Positions 1 through 14,186 of a stretch of 64,000 nucleotides of DNA are shown piece after piece. The translations under genes were made by a program, and so were the position numbers. Below the pieces are notes generated by a model. That model did no database searches. It was not told where the DNA came from and saw only the letters and a program-made list of their open reading frames with translations. The first letter of the stretch is position 1; each line of letters opens with the position of its first letter. The stretch covers positions 38,378,001 to 38,442,000 of the forward strand of contig OX597827.1 of NCBI GenBank assembly GCA_951406725.2, in the 5' to 3' direction. The DNA is from Octopus vulgaris. Lineage: Eukaryota.

Positions 1-339
1 CATACCCTTGAGGTACAGAGGTAATGATATAAGTGGCAGGACATTGCCAAAGAAGCATGAGTAGAGAGTGGGGGAAGAGAATGCAGTGAGTGATGAAAAC
101 CTGGGTATATAGAGGGGTGGGGGCTACTGGATAGCAATGATACAGTGAACAGGGCTGTGAGGACAGGTTTGGAGAGTGAGAGGTAAGCATAGTGTATGAA
201 AGAAGATGTAAGGAAGAGAAGAGATGTAATTTGGTTTGTTGGAGTAGGATGTGTGAAAAGTTTTCTTGTTACGTGTGGGTGGAACACACAACATTTCTAG
301 AACTTTATTTTGCTGACGTGGGTGGTTCTTCTCAAGGAC

Positions 340-680
340 CTCATATCACCAGACTTCTCAGTCCATTGCCATTTCCTCTGTGAGGTCCAATATCCTGAGA
401 TTGGTCCTTACCACGTCATTCCATGTCTTCCTGAGTCTTCCTCTTCCATTGGTACCATCAACTTTCCGTGATCGGCACTTCTTTATTCAGCTGTCTTCAT
501 TCATACGCATCACATGTCCAAACCAACATGGTCTTCTCCCTTGCATACTGCATTTTATTCCTTTTATGCCCAACTTTTCTCTCAATACTTTTGCACTTTG
601 TCATACAAGCATACTGAGGTTGCACATCCAACAGAGCATACTGCCTTCATTTCTCTCCAGTCTACACGTCTTCTGCGTAA
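340..680 (-). mobile_element. RTE-clade LINE, decayed ORF C-terminal fragment
   Basis: Minus-strand translation ...LERNEGSMLCWMC...LREKLGIKGIKCSMQGRRPCWFGHVMRMNED...GRGRLRKTWNDVV, with stops; matches the RTE WFGHV/GRPRKTW C-terminal motifs. Confidence 0.8.
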
Positions 681-929
681 TTGTCAGCCTAGGTAGAGAG
701 CATCAGTGGTACTATGTCCTGGCACAAACCCAAACTACATCTCATCTAAGCTAATTCTCTTCCTAATTAGTTTTGGTATAACTTGTTCTGTTACTTTTAT
801 AACTCATTCCATTAAGGTGATGTCTTTGTTGTTGCTGTTTTTTTTTTCTAGAGCATTTCCTTTACCATTGTAATACTTGACGATGATACTGTTACACTAA
901 TTATTGGATATGACTTCTCCCTGTACTCA

Positions 930-1110
930 TTGATTGACTATACAAATGACTAGCATATGTCCTATTTCGCCTGATATTTTCAACAGCTCAGCAACTATCC
1001 TTGATAGCGCAGTTGCCCTCCCTTCATTCACATCTGTAATCTTACTTTTGATTGGGTAACTGGTCCCTCTATATAGCTGCTACTTACCTCCTTTCAAAGT
1101 AACATTTCCA
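930..1110 (-). mobile_element. RTE-like LINE RT-region fragment
   Basis: Minus strand reads ITDVNEGRATALSRIVAELLKISG, resembling the K.GKAPG.DGI.AE.LK motif. Confidence 0.5.
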
Positions 1111-1537
1111 TGCTTCTTCTTGACATCAGTAGAGTGAATGTGCTGCAGTCATTTCATACGCACTTTTCCTCGACAACATCTTGGTCTGCACTAACATCTC
1201 CTTTGTGGTTCCGAACCCCTCGCACCTCTGATTCTCTCCTCACAAAATATTGGAAAACCTCTCATATTCAACTTCCCTGTGTTTTACCTAACATATAGCT
1301 CCTCTTCTTGTTACCTCATATTCCATTCTCTCAACTTTATTCCAATCCTTCCCTGGGACTGTCTTTGAACTTTTATGGCTCTGACTACAGTACCACTTCA
1401 TTACCACATCATCTTCACTCTGGTTGGAACATTGCTCCATTCCACAGATCTGTTCTATGTCACTGAACAGTTTGTCTCATAGCAACCACCAGCTGCCCAA
1501 TATATCATTAAGTTTCTATCTCCTCTTTATTGGCATA

Positions 1538-1854
1538 TAGGTGCGTGGCTATGTGGTTGAGACATTTGCTTCCCAACCAATAGGTTTGAGTTCAGTCCCA
1601 CTGCATGGTGCTTTGTGCAAGTTTGTTCTTCTATAATCCTGTGCCAACCAAATCCTTGCAAGTGGATTTGGTATGTGGAAACTGAAAGAAGCCCATCATG
1701 TGTTGCATGTGTGTGTGTGTGATTGCGTGTGTACCGATAGAATAAGTACTAGGCTTAAAAAATAAATAAGTACTGGGATCAAGTCCTTTCACTAAAAATT
1801 CTTCAAGGTGGTGTCCAGCATGGCCGTATTCTAATGACTGAAACAAGTAAAAGG

Positions 1855-1855
<1 letters not shown>
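1538..1855 (+). mobile_element. tRNA-derived SINE family A copy
   Basis: Head gtggctatgtggttgag...gagttcagtccc (A/B-box-like) and tail tgactgaaacaagtaaaag, shared with about 20 copies in the window. Confidence 0.8.
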
Positions 1856-1898
<43 letters not shown>

Positions 1899-2159
1899 GT
1901 AGGGCATTTCCAGGGAAGTGTTCAACCGAAGTTCTGGGCTATCAACACCGTCAGATTCCAAATCATCATCATCATCGTTTAACGTCCGCTTACCATGCTC
2001 TAATACTAAAATTCACCAAGTGTAGAAAATCCTGGTTTTATGGTAATAAAACCGTTGTGTGGGTGTAGTGAAGAGTAAACTAATAATCCATATAACATTA
2101 AGACAAAGAAATCTTTTTTAATGATTCAAAAAGATGTGTTAAAGGATTTCTTTACATAA

Positions 2160-2835
2160 GAGCACCTCCGAGACATTAGACTTGGCAATGGCACCCCAGT
2201 CTCATGCCATTCACTACAACACCTGTCTGTGTTTGGATTGTCTTTGCACAGGGGCCATCTGGACTCCTGCCTTTGTGAACAGGAATTAATCTTCTCTCTT
2301 CACTCCTACCCACTTTCTCTCTTCATTGATACACCCCTCCACCACCACACACCCCACTCCCACTTACCCCACACCTCCACTCCAAACCACCATATCACAC
2401 TACTCTGTGATATGCCACTCTGCACCACTCCACTTCACACACACTAGCACTGGCCACTTCCCAGCACCCACGCCACACACCATCATCCTCACACCCACAC
2501 ACCATCATCTACACACCTGCACATTACAGATGCATGCACACACACATTCTCACATACATGCACCCTTGTTTTAGGATCACCAATACTTTATCATCTCCCC
2601 GTCTTTCTATCTCTTCTGTCAAACCTTTTTTCCCCAACCGAAGGGTATGCTTGATCGCTAAATCCACATGTTCTTTTATCCTCTCTCTGTTCATTTTCTC
2701 TTATTTCTTTCAGTTTAAGAGCATATGCTCGAAATGTAAAAGACTTTCTCACTTTCCCAAGCATCAAACTAATACACCTACTTGTTATTCATATACCTGT
2801 CCGTATCTTGTTTTTCTGTAAATTTCAAATTTACA
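2160..2835 (+). mobile_element. Penelope-like element 3' end (GIY-YIG C-terminus plus pLTR)
   Basis: Frame from 2160 reads EHLRDIRLGNGTPVSCHSLQHLSVFGLSLHRGHLDSCLCEQELIFSLHS, resembling PLE GIY-YIG C-termini (EHL...H..S..L.V.GL...EQ.LIF.L). Followed by a decayed hammerhead motif at 2705-2745 and a (TA)n end. Confidence 0.7.
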
Positions 2836-3121
2836 TATATATATAATATCATTAAAATTAATAATAATATCTTTGAAAATATTATCAAGGTCATCCAAAC
2901 TGGTAAAATTCCAAATGAACATCTGAAAAAATTTGGCAATTAATTTCTCAAAATTCTGCAAAAGGATTATTGGATTTACCTGTCATGCATGAGGATTTAC
3001 CTGGGATCTGTATTCTATTAACATATATTATTTACTGATATCTCATTGTTGAACATTTAACCAAATTTTTCTAACACTACCAGGATTTTTTAAGTCCCTT
3101 TTTTCTTTTAGCTATATATGT

Positions 3122-3153
<32 letters not shown>

Positions 3154-3157
3154 GATG

Positions 3158-3190
<33 letters not shown>

Positions 3191-3237
3191 ATGTGTGTGT
3201 ATATGTATGTATGATATATATATATCTATGTATATGC

Positions 3238-3277
<40 letters not shown>

Positions 3278-3605
3278 ACAATTGAGGGTAAAATTAATTA
3301 GTTATTAATCAATTTCACCAAAGTAGTGTTCAGTATGTAAAAGGACCATTTAAGGCGAATTCAAAATGTTACATTATATAATTTGGCTAATCTAGAAACG
3401 TTGACGTTCTCAAATGGTCTTTGTACTTGTGATATTTCATTGTTTTTACCTCCATATCTTCGTGAGTTATTTTTGAGTAAACATTATCTGAGAGAAATTT
3501 TCTTAAAGTAGTGGAAATGGCTAAAAAACTTTTTGGCTGCTATTTCTAGAAAGTTCAGTATGTGGCAAAGTAATTTATTTTACTAAGCCCTAATTATATA
3601 ATGTA

Positions 3606-3657
<52 letters not shown>

Positions 3658-6072
3658 TATATTTATATATTTATATATATCTATATGTACGTATATATAT
3701 GTATGTGTGTGTATATGTATGTATATTTATATGTATATGTGTGTGTGTATCTATATATCTGTATATATATGTGTGTGGGTGTGTGTATGTCTATGTAAAT
3801 ATATATGAAGACCAAGAAGAAATCTTTCTAAACAAAATATTTTATCAAGTTACTGTTTGAAATCACCTAAGAGAACACATCTACACTGAGAGATACACCT
3901 AAACTAGATGTTCAGAATCCCACCCATGAGGGATTGATTGGCGCTAGATGGGTTGAAACAATTGTAGTAATCAATAAAGAATCTTGTATCTTCCATCTTC
4001 TGTCTCTCTCATTAGTTAAATATGCATGCCATGCCTCTATATAAAAAGTTTCACATGTTGATCAATCTGAGACTACCACAGATGTCATATATGATTGAAC
4101 CTGGAACCACATGGCTGGAAAACAAACTTCTTAACCATATGACCACATATTTTTTCTTTTTTGTGTGGTTTATTACGTTATCACTTACTGTGACCCACCC
4201 CACTCCACTCCATACCGCCACCACCATCACCACTGCATCGTGTTGTTGTTTCTGTGATGTCATCCCCCACCCAACTTCATCCCACCTTACTCGCACCCAC
4301 CTCACCCCACCCTTATCCACCACCTCCCCCTTTTTTAGTAGAAAAAGAAAAGAAAAAACATTATCATTATCATAAATCCATTTAATATGGAATACAAAGG
4401 AAACAATCTTTTTCATGTCTCCCCCCACCTCTACCTGCCACCAGACCACCCCACCCCCACCCCATAATTTTTACCCTCCCTAATTTATTAACCATTGAAC
4501 AATAGAACAGTTACCTTGGCACCACTGCCACCGCCCTCACACATATCCCCTCATACACCCATTCTCCTCCCCCTCTCTCTCTCTTTGCCATGAAGCCATT
4601 TAGAAAGTTCTTTTTGTTGTATTTATTAAGACTTAGGTGATATTATAACTAAATAATAGTTTGTCATTATTCATCATCATCAACACCACCGCCCGATCTG
4701 CTTATGCATAATGTATATTTTGTTGTCATAGTATGTTGCTTTCTGGTTTTGTTTCGTTATATTTAGAAGAAAAAAAAAACAACAGTAAATGGTAAATATA
4801 ATTGTTTGTGTGTGTATCTGTGCACACATGCACATGTTTGTGTGCATGTCTGTGTAGAGAAAGAAAAGTGCCATAATTTCTATTGAAACACTCGCAAGAA
4901 CATTACACAGATAACGTATACACATACATACATATATGTGTGTGTGTGTGTAAATATATATATATATATGCATGTATGTATATATATATATGTATATATA
5001 TATATATGGAAGATTTGTATGTGTATACAAACAAGTGTGTCTATACATGTGTGGATGCATTATTTGTACATTTTTATTTATATATATACTTGCAGCTGTG
5101 GGTATACATCAATGCATACAATGTATGTGTGTCTAATACACACGTACATATGCACACATATGTCAGTTATGTGAGATAAGTATGTGCATTTGTAAATATA
5201 AATGTTAACAACAAACGTGTGTGTGTGTGTGTTTCTACATGTATGTATGGTGTTAGTTCATTTCGCTGATGGCAGTTGATATAGAGCCTGAAACTTCTAA
5301 GGACTGTCAAACCATTTCTGCATGAAATATTCATTCTGTGAATCTTCACAGATCTACTTGTATGTATATGTATATGTGTATGCATACATACATATTGTAT
5401 GTATATGTATATAAAAGCTCTATTGTACTTTTATATACATATGGAATATATTATGCATTATGCTACTCTTTATCAGCAGGTGAGCACTGCCTGTACCTTG
5501 GCATGCTGCAATGTGGATTGTGTTTAGTATGAGAAATGACTCAATATTCAATACACATTAAATACCTCCGAAAGTCTTAATTTTTAAGGAGTTTTCCATA
5601 AAATATAATATACCAGTCAGTAGAAATGTAAAACTGTGAATGCTTCACTCTCAAACACTTTCACATCACAAGGGAGGTCACTGATATATATATATATATA
5701 TATATCGTTGCTATTATGCAGAAATGTTGTAAGTCCAAAACATAGCTTTATCAGAAAGTGAAAAAAAAAATAGTTTCACCATTCCATTTCTTTTTCCATT
5801 AGCAACAGTTTCAGTTTAACAATAATACTTTGTTGGGTTCATAAAATCATAACCCTATGCATGTATGATATTTTTGGTCAGAAATATTTTTGCAAAACTG
5901 TTGCATGTGGGACACATTTGGCCAAATTTGGACATACAACAGTTTAACATAATAGCATTGGTATATATAAAGTCAAAATGAGGGTGAAAAAATTGGATAT
6001 TAATTTAATAACATCAATTTAAACACCAAATGGCCTAGCGTATAAAAGACTGAGATTCAGTAAATATTATTA

Positions 6073-6280
6073 ATACACAACTATAAGAGAGAATTCACTA
6101 TGTGGACGCTCTTACGCTAGATATAGATCCGCAAAGGGAATCCACCACTAAGAATTGTTCTCAAGAAATAGGTGTGTTGAATTATTTCTTGAGAACAATT
6201 CTTAGTGGTGGATTCCCTTTGCGGATCTATATCTAGCGTAAGAGCGTCCACATAGTGGATTCTCTCTTATAGTTGTGTAT
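6073..6280. repeat. 98-bp inverted repeat with 12-nt loop
   Basis: 6073-6170 is the reverse complement of 6183-6280 except at one position (T opposite G, a G-U wobble in + RNA); loop ggtgtgttgaat. Confidence 0.97.
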
Positions 6281-6356
6281 AATATATATATATATATATA
6301 CATACAACACTCTGGATATATAAATCATACATGTACCTTCTGAATAATTTAGGAAA

Positions 6357-6725
6357 TCATCATCATCATTTAACATTCGTTTTCCATACTGGCATGGTTG
6401 GAGAGTTTGAACAGGAACTGGCAAGCCAGAAGATTGCACCAAATGTCTGTTTTGGCATGGTTTCTACAGCCTGATGCCCTTCCTAATGCCAACCACTTTA
6501 CAGAGTGTACTGGGTGCTTTTTACTTGGGAGCAGCTTGGGTGCTTTATCCATGGAACCAGCACATGTGCTTTATATTTGGAATCAGCACAAGTGCACTTC
6601 TTGTGGCACCAGCATGGTTGCTTTCTACATGGCACCAACATGAGTGCCTTTTACAAGGCGCCAGTCTGCATACCTTTATGTGACACTGGCATGGGTGCCT
6701 TTAGGTGGCACCAGCACAGGTGCTT
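6357..6725 (-). mobile_element. RTE LINE 3' UTR copy with (GAT)n tail
   Basis: catcatcatttaacattcgttttccat...gatgcccttcctaatgccaaccac, the reverse complement of the 3' end of 25403-26010. Other copies at about 15102-15330, 32390-32640, 37280-37500, 41275-41640, 44885-45070, 56358-56540 and 63003-63270. Confidence 0.75.
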
Positions 6726-6865
6726 TTCATTTCAGCGCAGAAATAATGAAGTAATGTTTATCTCCACATCAATATGGCTGTTCAACACTACTACCATTTT
6801 TAACCCCAGGAAAAGCCTCCTCCAGCTGGTTATCATTGCAATCTGAGAAGTGAGTTGATATTCAA

Positions 6866-7332
<467 letters not shown>

Positions 7333-8214
7333 CTATCCAATGTTCATTACATATTCATAGCCTAGAATATTTGCTTTAAGTTTTTAAAGGAAAGTTTCAC
7401 AAAATACCCTAAACCAGTTAAGCATTTGAATGTTTGCCTTTTGTACATTTTCAAACCACTAAGGAGGTCACTGTAATACACACTAAACAGGCTAGCTATA
7501 TAAATCATGTGCATACATCTGAATAATTAAGAAATAATGGTTATAATTAAAATATGAATTAATTATTAATTATTACTATTATTACTGCTTCTATAATGAA
7601 ATTAATGTTACTTGAATTTTTTTTTTTTTTTAATAAAGCCATAAGTTTTTCCATTTTCAAATTTGATTTACAATCTGTTAAGGAGGTGGAGTTTTACAGT
7701 GAAATGATTTATGAAGAAATAATTGTTCTGTTAATTTTATTGTCTGAATATTCATCTTGTTTACATAAAGTGTAACCACTGGTTTAGTTGGAACAAATTG
7801 AACTCAGCACTTTTTTAAAATCTAATATTCTTCTGCCAGTATCTTTTTCTAAATTGCTAAATTATGGGGCCATAATCAAAGACACACGCACACACACACA
7901 CACACACATAAGAGGCTTCTGTATAGTTTCTGTCTACCAAATTCACTCACAAGGTATTGGTTGACCCAGAGCTATAGAAGAAGACATTTACTCAATATAC
8001 CACGCTTTGGGACTGAACCTGAAACCACATGGTTGCAAAGCAAGTTTCTTAACCACACAGCGATGCTTGCACCAAAGCTAAAAAGGAAGGGAAAATGGTC
8101 TGAGAAGCCAATTATTTCTGTATTAAATATTTAATAATTTTGTGAATCTTCACAATTTTTCAGTGCGGCTCTCTTCCGTGTTTCAATACATATGGAATAT
8201 TATTTGTTTTGTGA

Positions 8215-8251
<37 letters not shown>

Positions 8252-8253
<2 letters not shown>

Positions 8254-8427
8254 TTGATCAAAAAGTATTAGGTCTGTTGCTAAAAAAGGAAACCACAACA
8301 CAAATCAATTTGGCATTTAATCTCCTTTGGAGTTATCCCCTTCTGAAACCACCCACTTTATCCCACATTCCTGGAACTCCTTTTTTTGGGGATAGCGAGC
8401 AGCTGTCTCGTCACATTCAGCTGTGTT

Positions 8428-8521
<94 letters not shown>

Positions 8522-8759
8522 ACACACACACATTTTGTCTGCCATGGTCACTGTTAAAACCTCTCTGGTGAAGTGAAACAACCACACTTTACACATTTTA
8601 CTTCCAAGTACTGCTGTAAACAATAGAAATGAACGAGAATATTATATCTTGGTATGCATGCACAACAAATTTCAGGGACAACCTGTGCCAAGCAGCTTCA
8701 CTTTGTGTACTTTAGCTTCGTTAATCACAGTTCCAATACTTTTGGGATCAGACTTTGTA
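8252..8759. mobile_element. Tc1/mariner-like MITE remnant
   Basis: Imperfect TIRs tttgatcaaaaagtattaggtctg ... cagttccaatacttttgggatcagactttg|ta; contains (CT)n at 8432-8506. Confidence 0.45.
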
Positions 8760-9932
8760 TATGTGTGTAGTCACAATGCTCCTTTTTAGTTTAGTTGGTG
8801 GATATGTATTTATCAGTTATAAAAACCTAACCTTTTCAGAAAATTAACATCATCCCTGAGAGATATTTAACCAACCTCCCTGCACTCTGCTCTCGATGTG
8901 CAAAGATACTTTGTATGCCTCCTCACTTGCTGGCATTGTATGTACTTGTTCTTTTCTTTTGTCATTACATCTTCAACTTGGTCTTGAGAAGTGGGCGGGA
9001 AAAACAGAGCCAAAACCACATGAGAACCATTTGATGAGGGTAACTACCTGTGCATTGCAAGGATATGTGAATATGTATGTATGATAATCTATATATTCAA
9101 ACTAAACTATATCCAGGTGTAAAACATGTTTTTGGAATTTGGATAATTTGAAAGAATCCTTCTTGGAAAAACAAGTAGACATTAATATGGTGATCCTTGA
9201 GCTTAAGATATCACTTTCACTTTTTTAATCTTGCATTTAATATAATTTTGCTTCGTAGCCAGCCATGGACTTGTAAAATTATTTTCTGATTGAAATATGT
9301 GTTGTTCATTTTTGATGTTGTTAAATACACACATACATACACACACACCCGTTATGAGTCAAATAGTAAAAGAAGCTAGTCTTATGGTTAAGCATATAGG
9401 AGTGGAGGAGATCTGGTACCTAAGCATGTCATGTGAACCAGTCCCCCAGCCTAAGGATTAAATAGGCCCTGTGTTGGGTGATGCTAAACTGCAAATAAAC
9501 TGGCAGACGGCAGCAGTAAATTCTGTATCTTCCTCAAGAAAAGTCATGTGGGTCCATGATCACCAATGGAATGGTATATGAAGAGAGAGATATACATGTA
9601 TCTATCTATGTACATGCATGCATATCTTTGTATATGTAAAGGTACAAGTCCGGGCAAGGTTGTTTGTGGAAGACCAGCAGTCACCCATGCATACCAGTCC
9701 CCCCACTCGTCATACCACTGATGTTATCCAAAGGAAAGACAAACACCGAAACAGTTTGGCACCAGTAACATCACAACTCATTTCTACAGCTGAGTGAAGT
9801 GGAGCAACATGAAATAAAGTATCTTGCTCAAGAACACAACACACAGCCTGGTCTGGGAATTGAACTCACTACCCCTTGATTGTGAGCCCAATACTCTAAC
9901 CATTGAGTCACGTGCCTTTATATGTGTATGAT

Positions 9933-9969
<37 letters not shown>

Positions 9970-11003
9970 CAGACAGGCAGGCAGGCAGGCAGGCAGAGGG
10001 GGAGACGGAGGACAGAAGGATGGACAATGGACAGTTAGTTTTCTTATAGGATATTTTGGATTCCAACTAAGGATTTTTCTTGTACAGGGAAAGGAAGCTT
10101 ACTTCTAAAAGACTTATTCAGGGCTATTTACTATTTTTCTTTTAGACACTACTAACTACAAAAAATATTTTTAAACATCACCTTCCAAGGTAGTACATTT
10201 TCTTTTGTTTTGTTTATTTATGATTATATGTTATTGTGTCTGTCTCTATGTACATCTGTACACACACACACATACATGCATACATATATATATAATGAAT
10301 TGAAGGAAACAGATCATAACATTAGACTACCAGCTGATAGATACCTTTGAGCTAAGTAATTAATTCTTAATGGTCAGCAACAGGTGCTACATTATTGGGT
10401 TACATTAGCTGTGATAGACTTACTTCATAGCCATGGGTATATTTATTTAACATCTGCTCACATTGTTTGAGTATATACATATGTAATATGTTATATAGTT
10501 TGTGGGGTGAGGATGAGGAGTGTATATATATATATACACACACGCACACATTTTTTTATCTTTTACTTGTTTGAGTCATTGGACTGCAGCCATGCAGGAG
10601 TGCCACCTTGAGGTATTTTACTAAAACAGTCTCCATTAAATAACTTTAAGTCTGATACTTTTTCCATTGGTCTCTTTTGCCAAGCCTTTAAGTGACAAAG
10701 ATGTAAACAAAGCAACACCGGTTATCAAGTGGTGTGGTAGACACCTGAAAGACACACATTCACTTACAATAGGTTTCTTCTGCTTTCCATCTACCAAATC
10801 CACCCACATGGCGTTGGTTGATCCCAGGTTTATAGTAGAAGACACTTGCCAAAGGTGCTGTGCAGTGGGACTGAACTCAGAACCACATGTGGTTCAGAAG
10901 CAAACTTCTTGCTACACAACCATACTCAAACCTATGTATGTGTATATATATAGAAACTCTTGACCCTTGAGTCACTCTATTGCTCATTCTAAATATTAAT
11001 AAA

Positions 11004-11054
<51 letters not shown>

Positions 11055-13538
11055 GCATACACTCATGGTTTGAGTTCTATTTTTACCTGTTTGCATTATC
11101 AGCCAACAGAAAGGGCATCCAGCCATAGAAACCATACCAAATCAGGCTGGAGTCTGGTACAGTTCCTCAGTTTGCCAGCTCTGGTCAAACCGTCCAACCC
11201 ATATCAAACATGGACAATGGATGATACACGTGCACATACACAGATATCTTACTATTTGTACACAGCATGAGTAAAATTTTGAGTGCATATATATATATAT
11301 ATAGTTACATCTCAGACCATATGGGTGGGTATATATGCACATAGCTACCAACCTTACAACTAACATCTTTCTTCAATGTTTAGCATAAAATGTTCACTTC
11401 CTCTTTCTCACCCTTCCTTTATGATTTTTGTCCAGAAGAAAAGATAGACATTCCCAAAATTTTTTCACCAGCTACATTTTATTTATTATTAATGGTATTA
11501 TTGACTAAATGAAATGTTGTCAGGCATTCAACGCATTCTACCAGCTGGGGATTGGTGAAGGATATGAATGTTGATGGCCTGGGATCAACTCTTGACACTG
11601 ACCAGATCAGCCTGAATTAGTCTCATCTGGAAGATTTAGAGACCAGAGATTATATAGTTTCCAAAAGTTCTGACTATGCCACATGACCATGCCTGGTGAG
11701 TTTAAGCCTCTTCAGGATAAACTTTACAGCTGTGGCTATGACTTGGTCACTAGCAGCTAGAACTACTACTAACCAAATCAGTCCAGCACACACATAGGAT
11801 GGACCCAGTTATCAGCTGAGTCTATCATAAAGATTGAACTGCAGTCTTTCTTTATCAAGGAAGGGAACAGCATGTTGTCTTCCTGTGTCTGGTGGCTATG
11901 ACAAAAAATAAGCTACATGGTGATCAGTTGTAAGATTAGACCTCAGCTTTTCCTCTCAGCACCAAGCCTTTGCCTTGCTTCTTCAAATACTACTTGAGGA
12001 GGAAGGAGCTGCTTTCTGGTAAATTTTACGAAAGGTGGGTATGAAATGCAAGAGGGTGTTGGTTTTTGCTGCATCTCAGCAATCTGGAAATGGATGTGGG
12101 GTATTTAAAATTACATGTATCTACCTCTTCCTTCCATTTCAGGAATCCTTATTTTTCTTGTTCTCTACTGCTAGTTCTGTTTTATTTTTACTTACTTGCA
12201 TTTTACCTTCTACTTCTTTCTGCAATTAGACTGTGGCCATACTGGGGCACCCTTGAAGAGTCAGTTGAACAAATCAACCCCAGTTCTTATTTTGTTTCTT
12301 TAAATCTGGCACTTATTTCTATCACTCCATTGTTGCCAAACTGTTAAGTTATATAGACATAAACAAACCAATACCAGTTCTCAAACAGTGTGTGGTTGGG
12401 TGGGTGAAACAGAAACACACACACATACACACACATGCACACATGACATATTTTTACACACTTCCAGCCTGCCAGATTCAAAGCATTGGTTGTCCCAGGA
12501 TTATAGAAGTCACTTGCCCAAGGTGTCACCCAGTGAAATTGAACCCAAAACCATATTGTAGCAAAAGTGAGCATCTTAACCACTCAGCCATTATTAATAT
12601 GTCTCTAATATTATTGTTAATCTCATCCTTTTACTCGATATAAAACCACCCCTATTTCTTTGTTGTTTCTCTCTTTATTTTGTCTTTGTATCCTTCCTAA
12701 TGTTTTGGGGATCTTTGTGTCCAATTAAATCAGTCATCATCAGCATGGCAGCCTGGTGTTAATTATTTATTTATTCTCCCGTATATCCACATTAAGTAAG
12801 ATATACAGAATACTATTTTGAACTAATACTACTTCTGTCACTAATAACAAATTTTTACCCAGCCATCCAGCCACCCATCTGTTTACAACATGAGTGATTT
12901 GTTAATTACTGTTTATATCTGTTGTGGCTTAATTTATCTGAGCATGCAATTGCTAGTGGATATTGGCTACTAATGTCACTCAAAGAAGCAGAAATCTAGA
13001 TTTTGCAATTAATTCCTCCATTGCTGCTGGATGCTTTTCATCTGCTACTGATATACTTCAGTGCTTTTTGGGGGCTATACATTTCTACAAGATGCTTTCT
13101 CAAGATGAATGCTACAGTTTTCTGGCTTTCTGCTGTGTATCCACATTGAGTAAGATATACCAAATGCTATTTTATTTATTTTATCTTTTACTTGTTTCTG
13201 TCATTAGACTGTGACCATGCTGGGGTGCTGCCTTGAAGTATTTTTAATCAAATGAATTAACACCGTACATTTTTCTTTTATACCTGGTACTTATTCAATC
13301 AGTCTCTTTTGCCAAGCCACTAAGTTACAACAATGTAAACACCAACATCAGTTGTCAAGCAGTGACAAACAGAGACAGAAAGAGACACGTACACATAAAT
13401 ACATACATACATACTTATATATATGTGTGTGTGTGTGTATTTTTTATTTTTTTATTTTATTTTATCTAGTTTCAGCTCACGAGCTGTGGCCATTCTGGGG
13501 CACCACCATTCGGTGTTGCTACATGATTTTACTTTACG

Positions 13539-13598
<60 letters not shown>

Positions 13599-14186
13599 CA
13601 TACATACATACAATAAGCTTCTTTCAGTTTCTGTCTACCAAATCCTATCAAAAGGCTTTGATCGACCCACACAGCAGGACTGAGCTCAGAACCATGTGGT
13701 TGAGAAGCAAACTTATCACATAGCCATTCTTGCGTCTATGATGTTTTGTGTTTGTTTATTTTTTATTGTCTTTGTATTTTTGGTTAGTGACTTGTATTTA
13801 CTTTTCCTAATCCAATCCTACCTGAGAAATAGAATGCTATTGTTGGAGCATTTGCAGGTGTGTGCGTAGCCTCATGTCATTGTTACAGTAGCACTAAAAG
13901 AAGCTAATTTCTGTAATTTGAATAAGAATTATTTGAGATTTGAAACTTCTAGAGAGAACTTGGCTAATGGGGGGGCTGTTCTTCAGGTAAATTTGGTAGC
14001 ATAAATTACATTCTGTTTGGAATAAGATTCCATAACGAAAAACATTATTCTGTTGGAACCCATTTACGTTCATTGCTACCTACTTCTTTCCTTCCTTCCT
14101 TCCTTTCTTTGTACATACATACATACATACATGAACATATATGCACTCATATCTGTATATGTGTGTGCATATATGTATGTTAAGTA

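Noticed and set aside
1140-1510. Possible retroelement RT remnant, with a short match to about 26110-26140
   Set aside because: Too decayed to assign a frame or family.
6197-6245. Hammerhead-like layout inside the hairpin arm (gattc...ggatc-tatatc-tagc-GTA-agag)
   Set aside because: Both conserved core strands (CUGANGA, GAAA) are absent; the resemblance is only positional.
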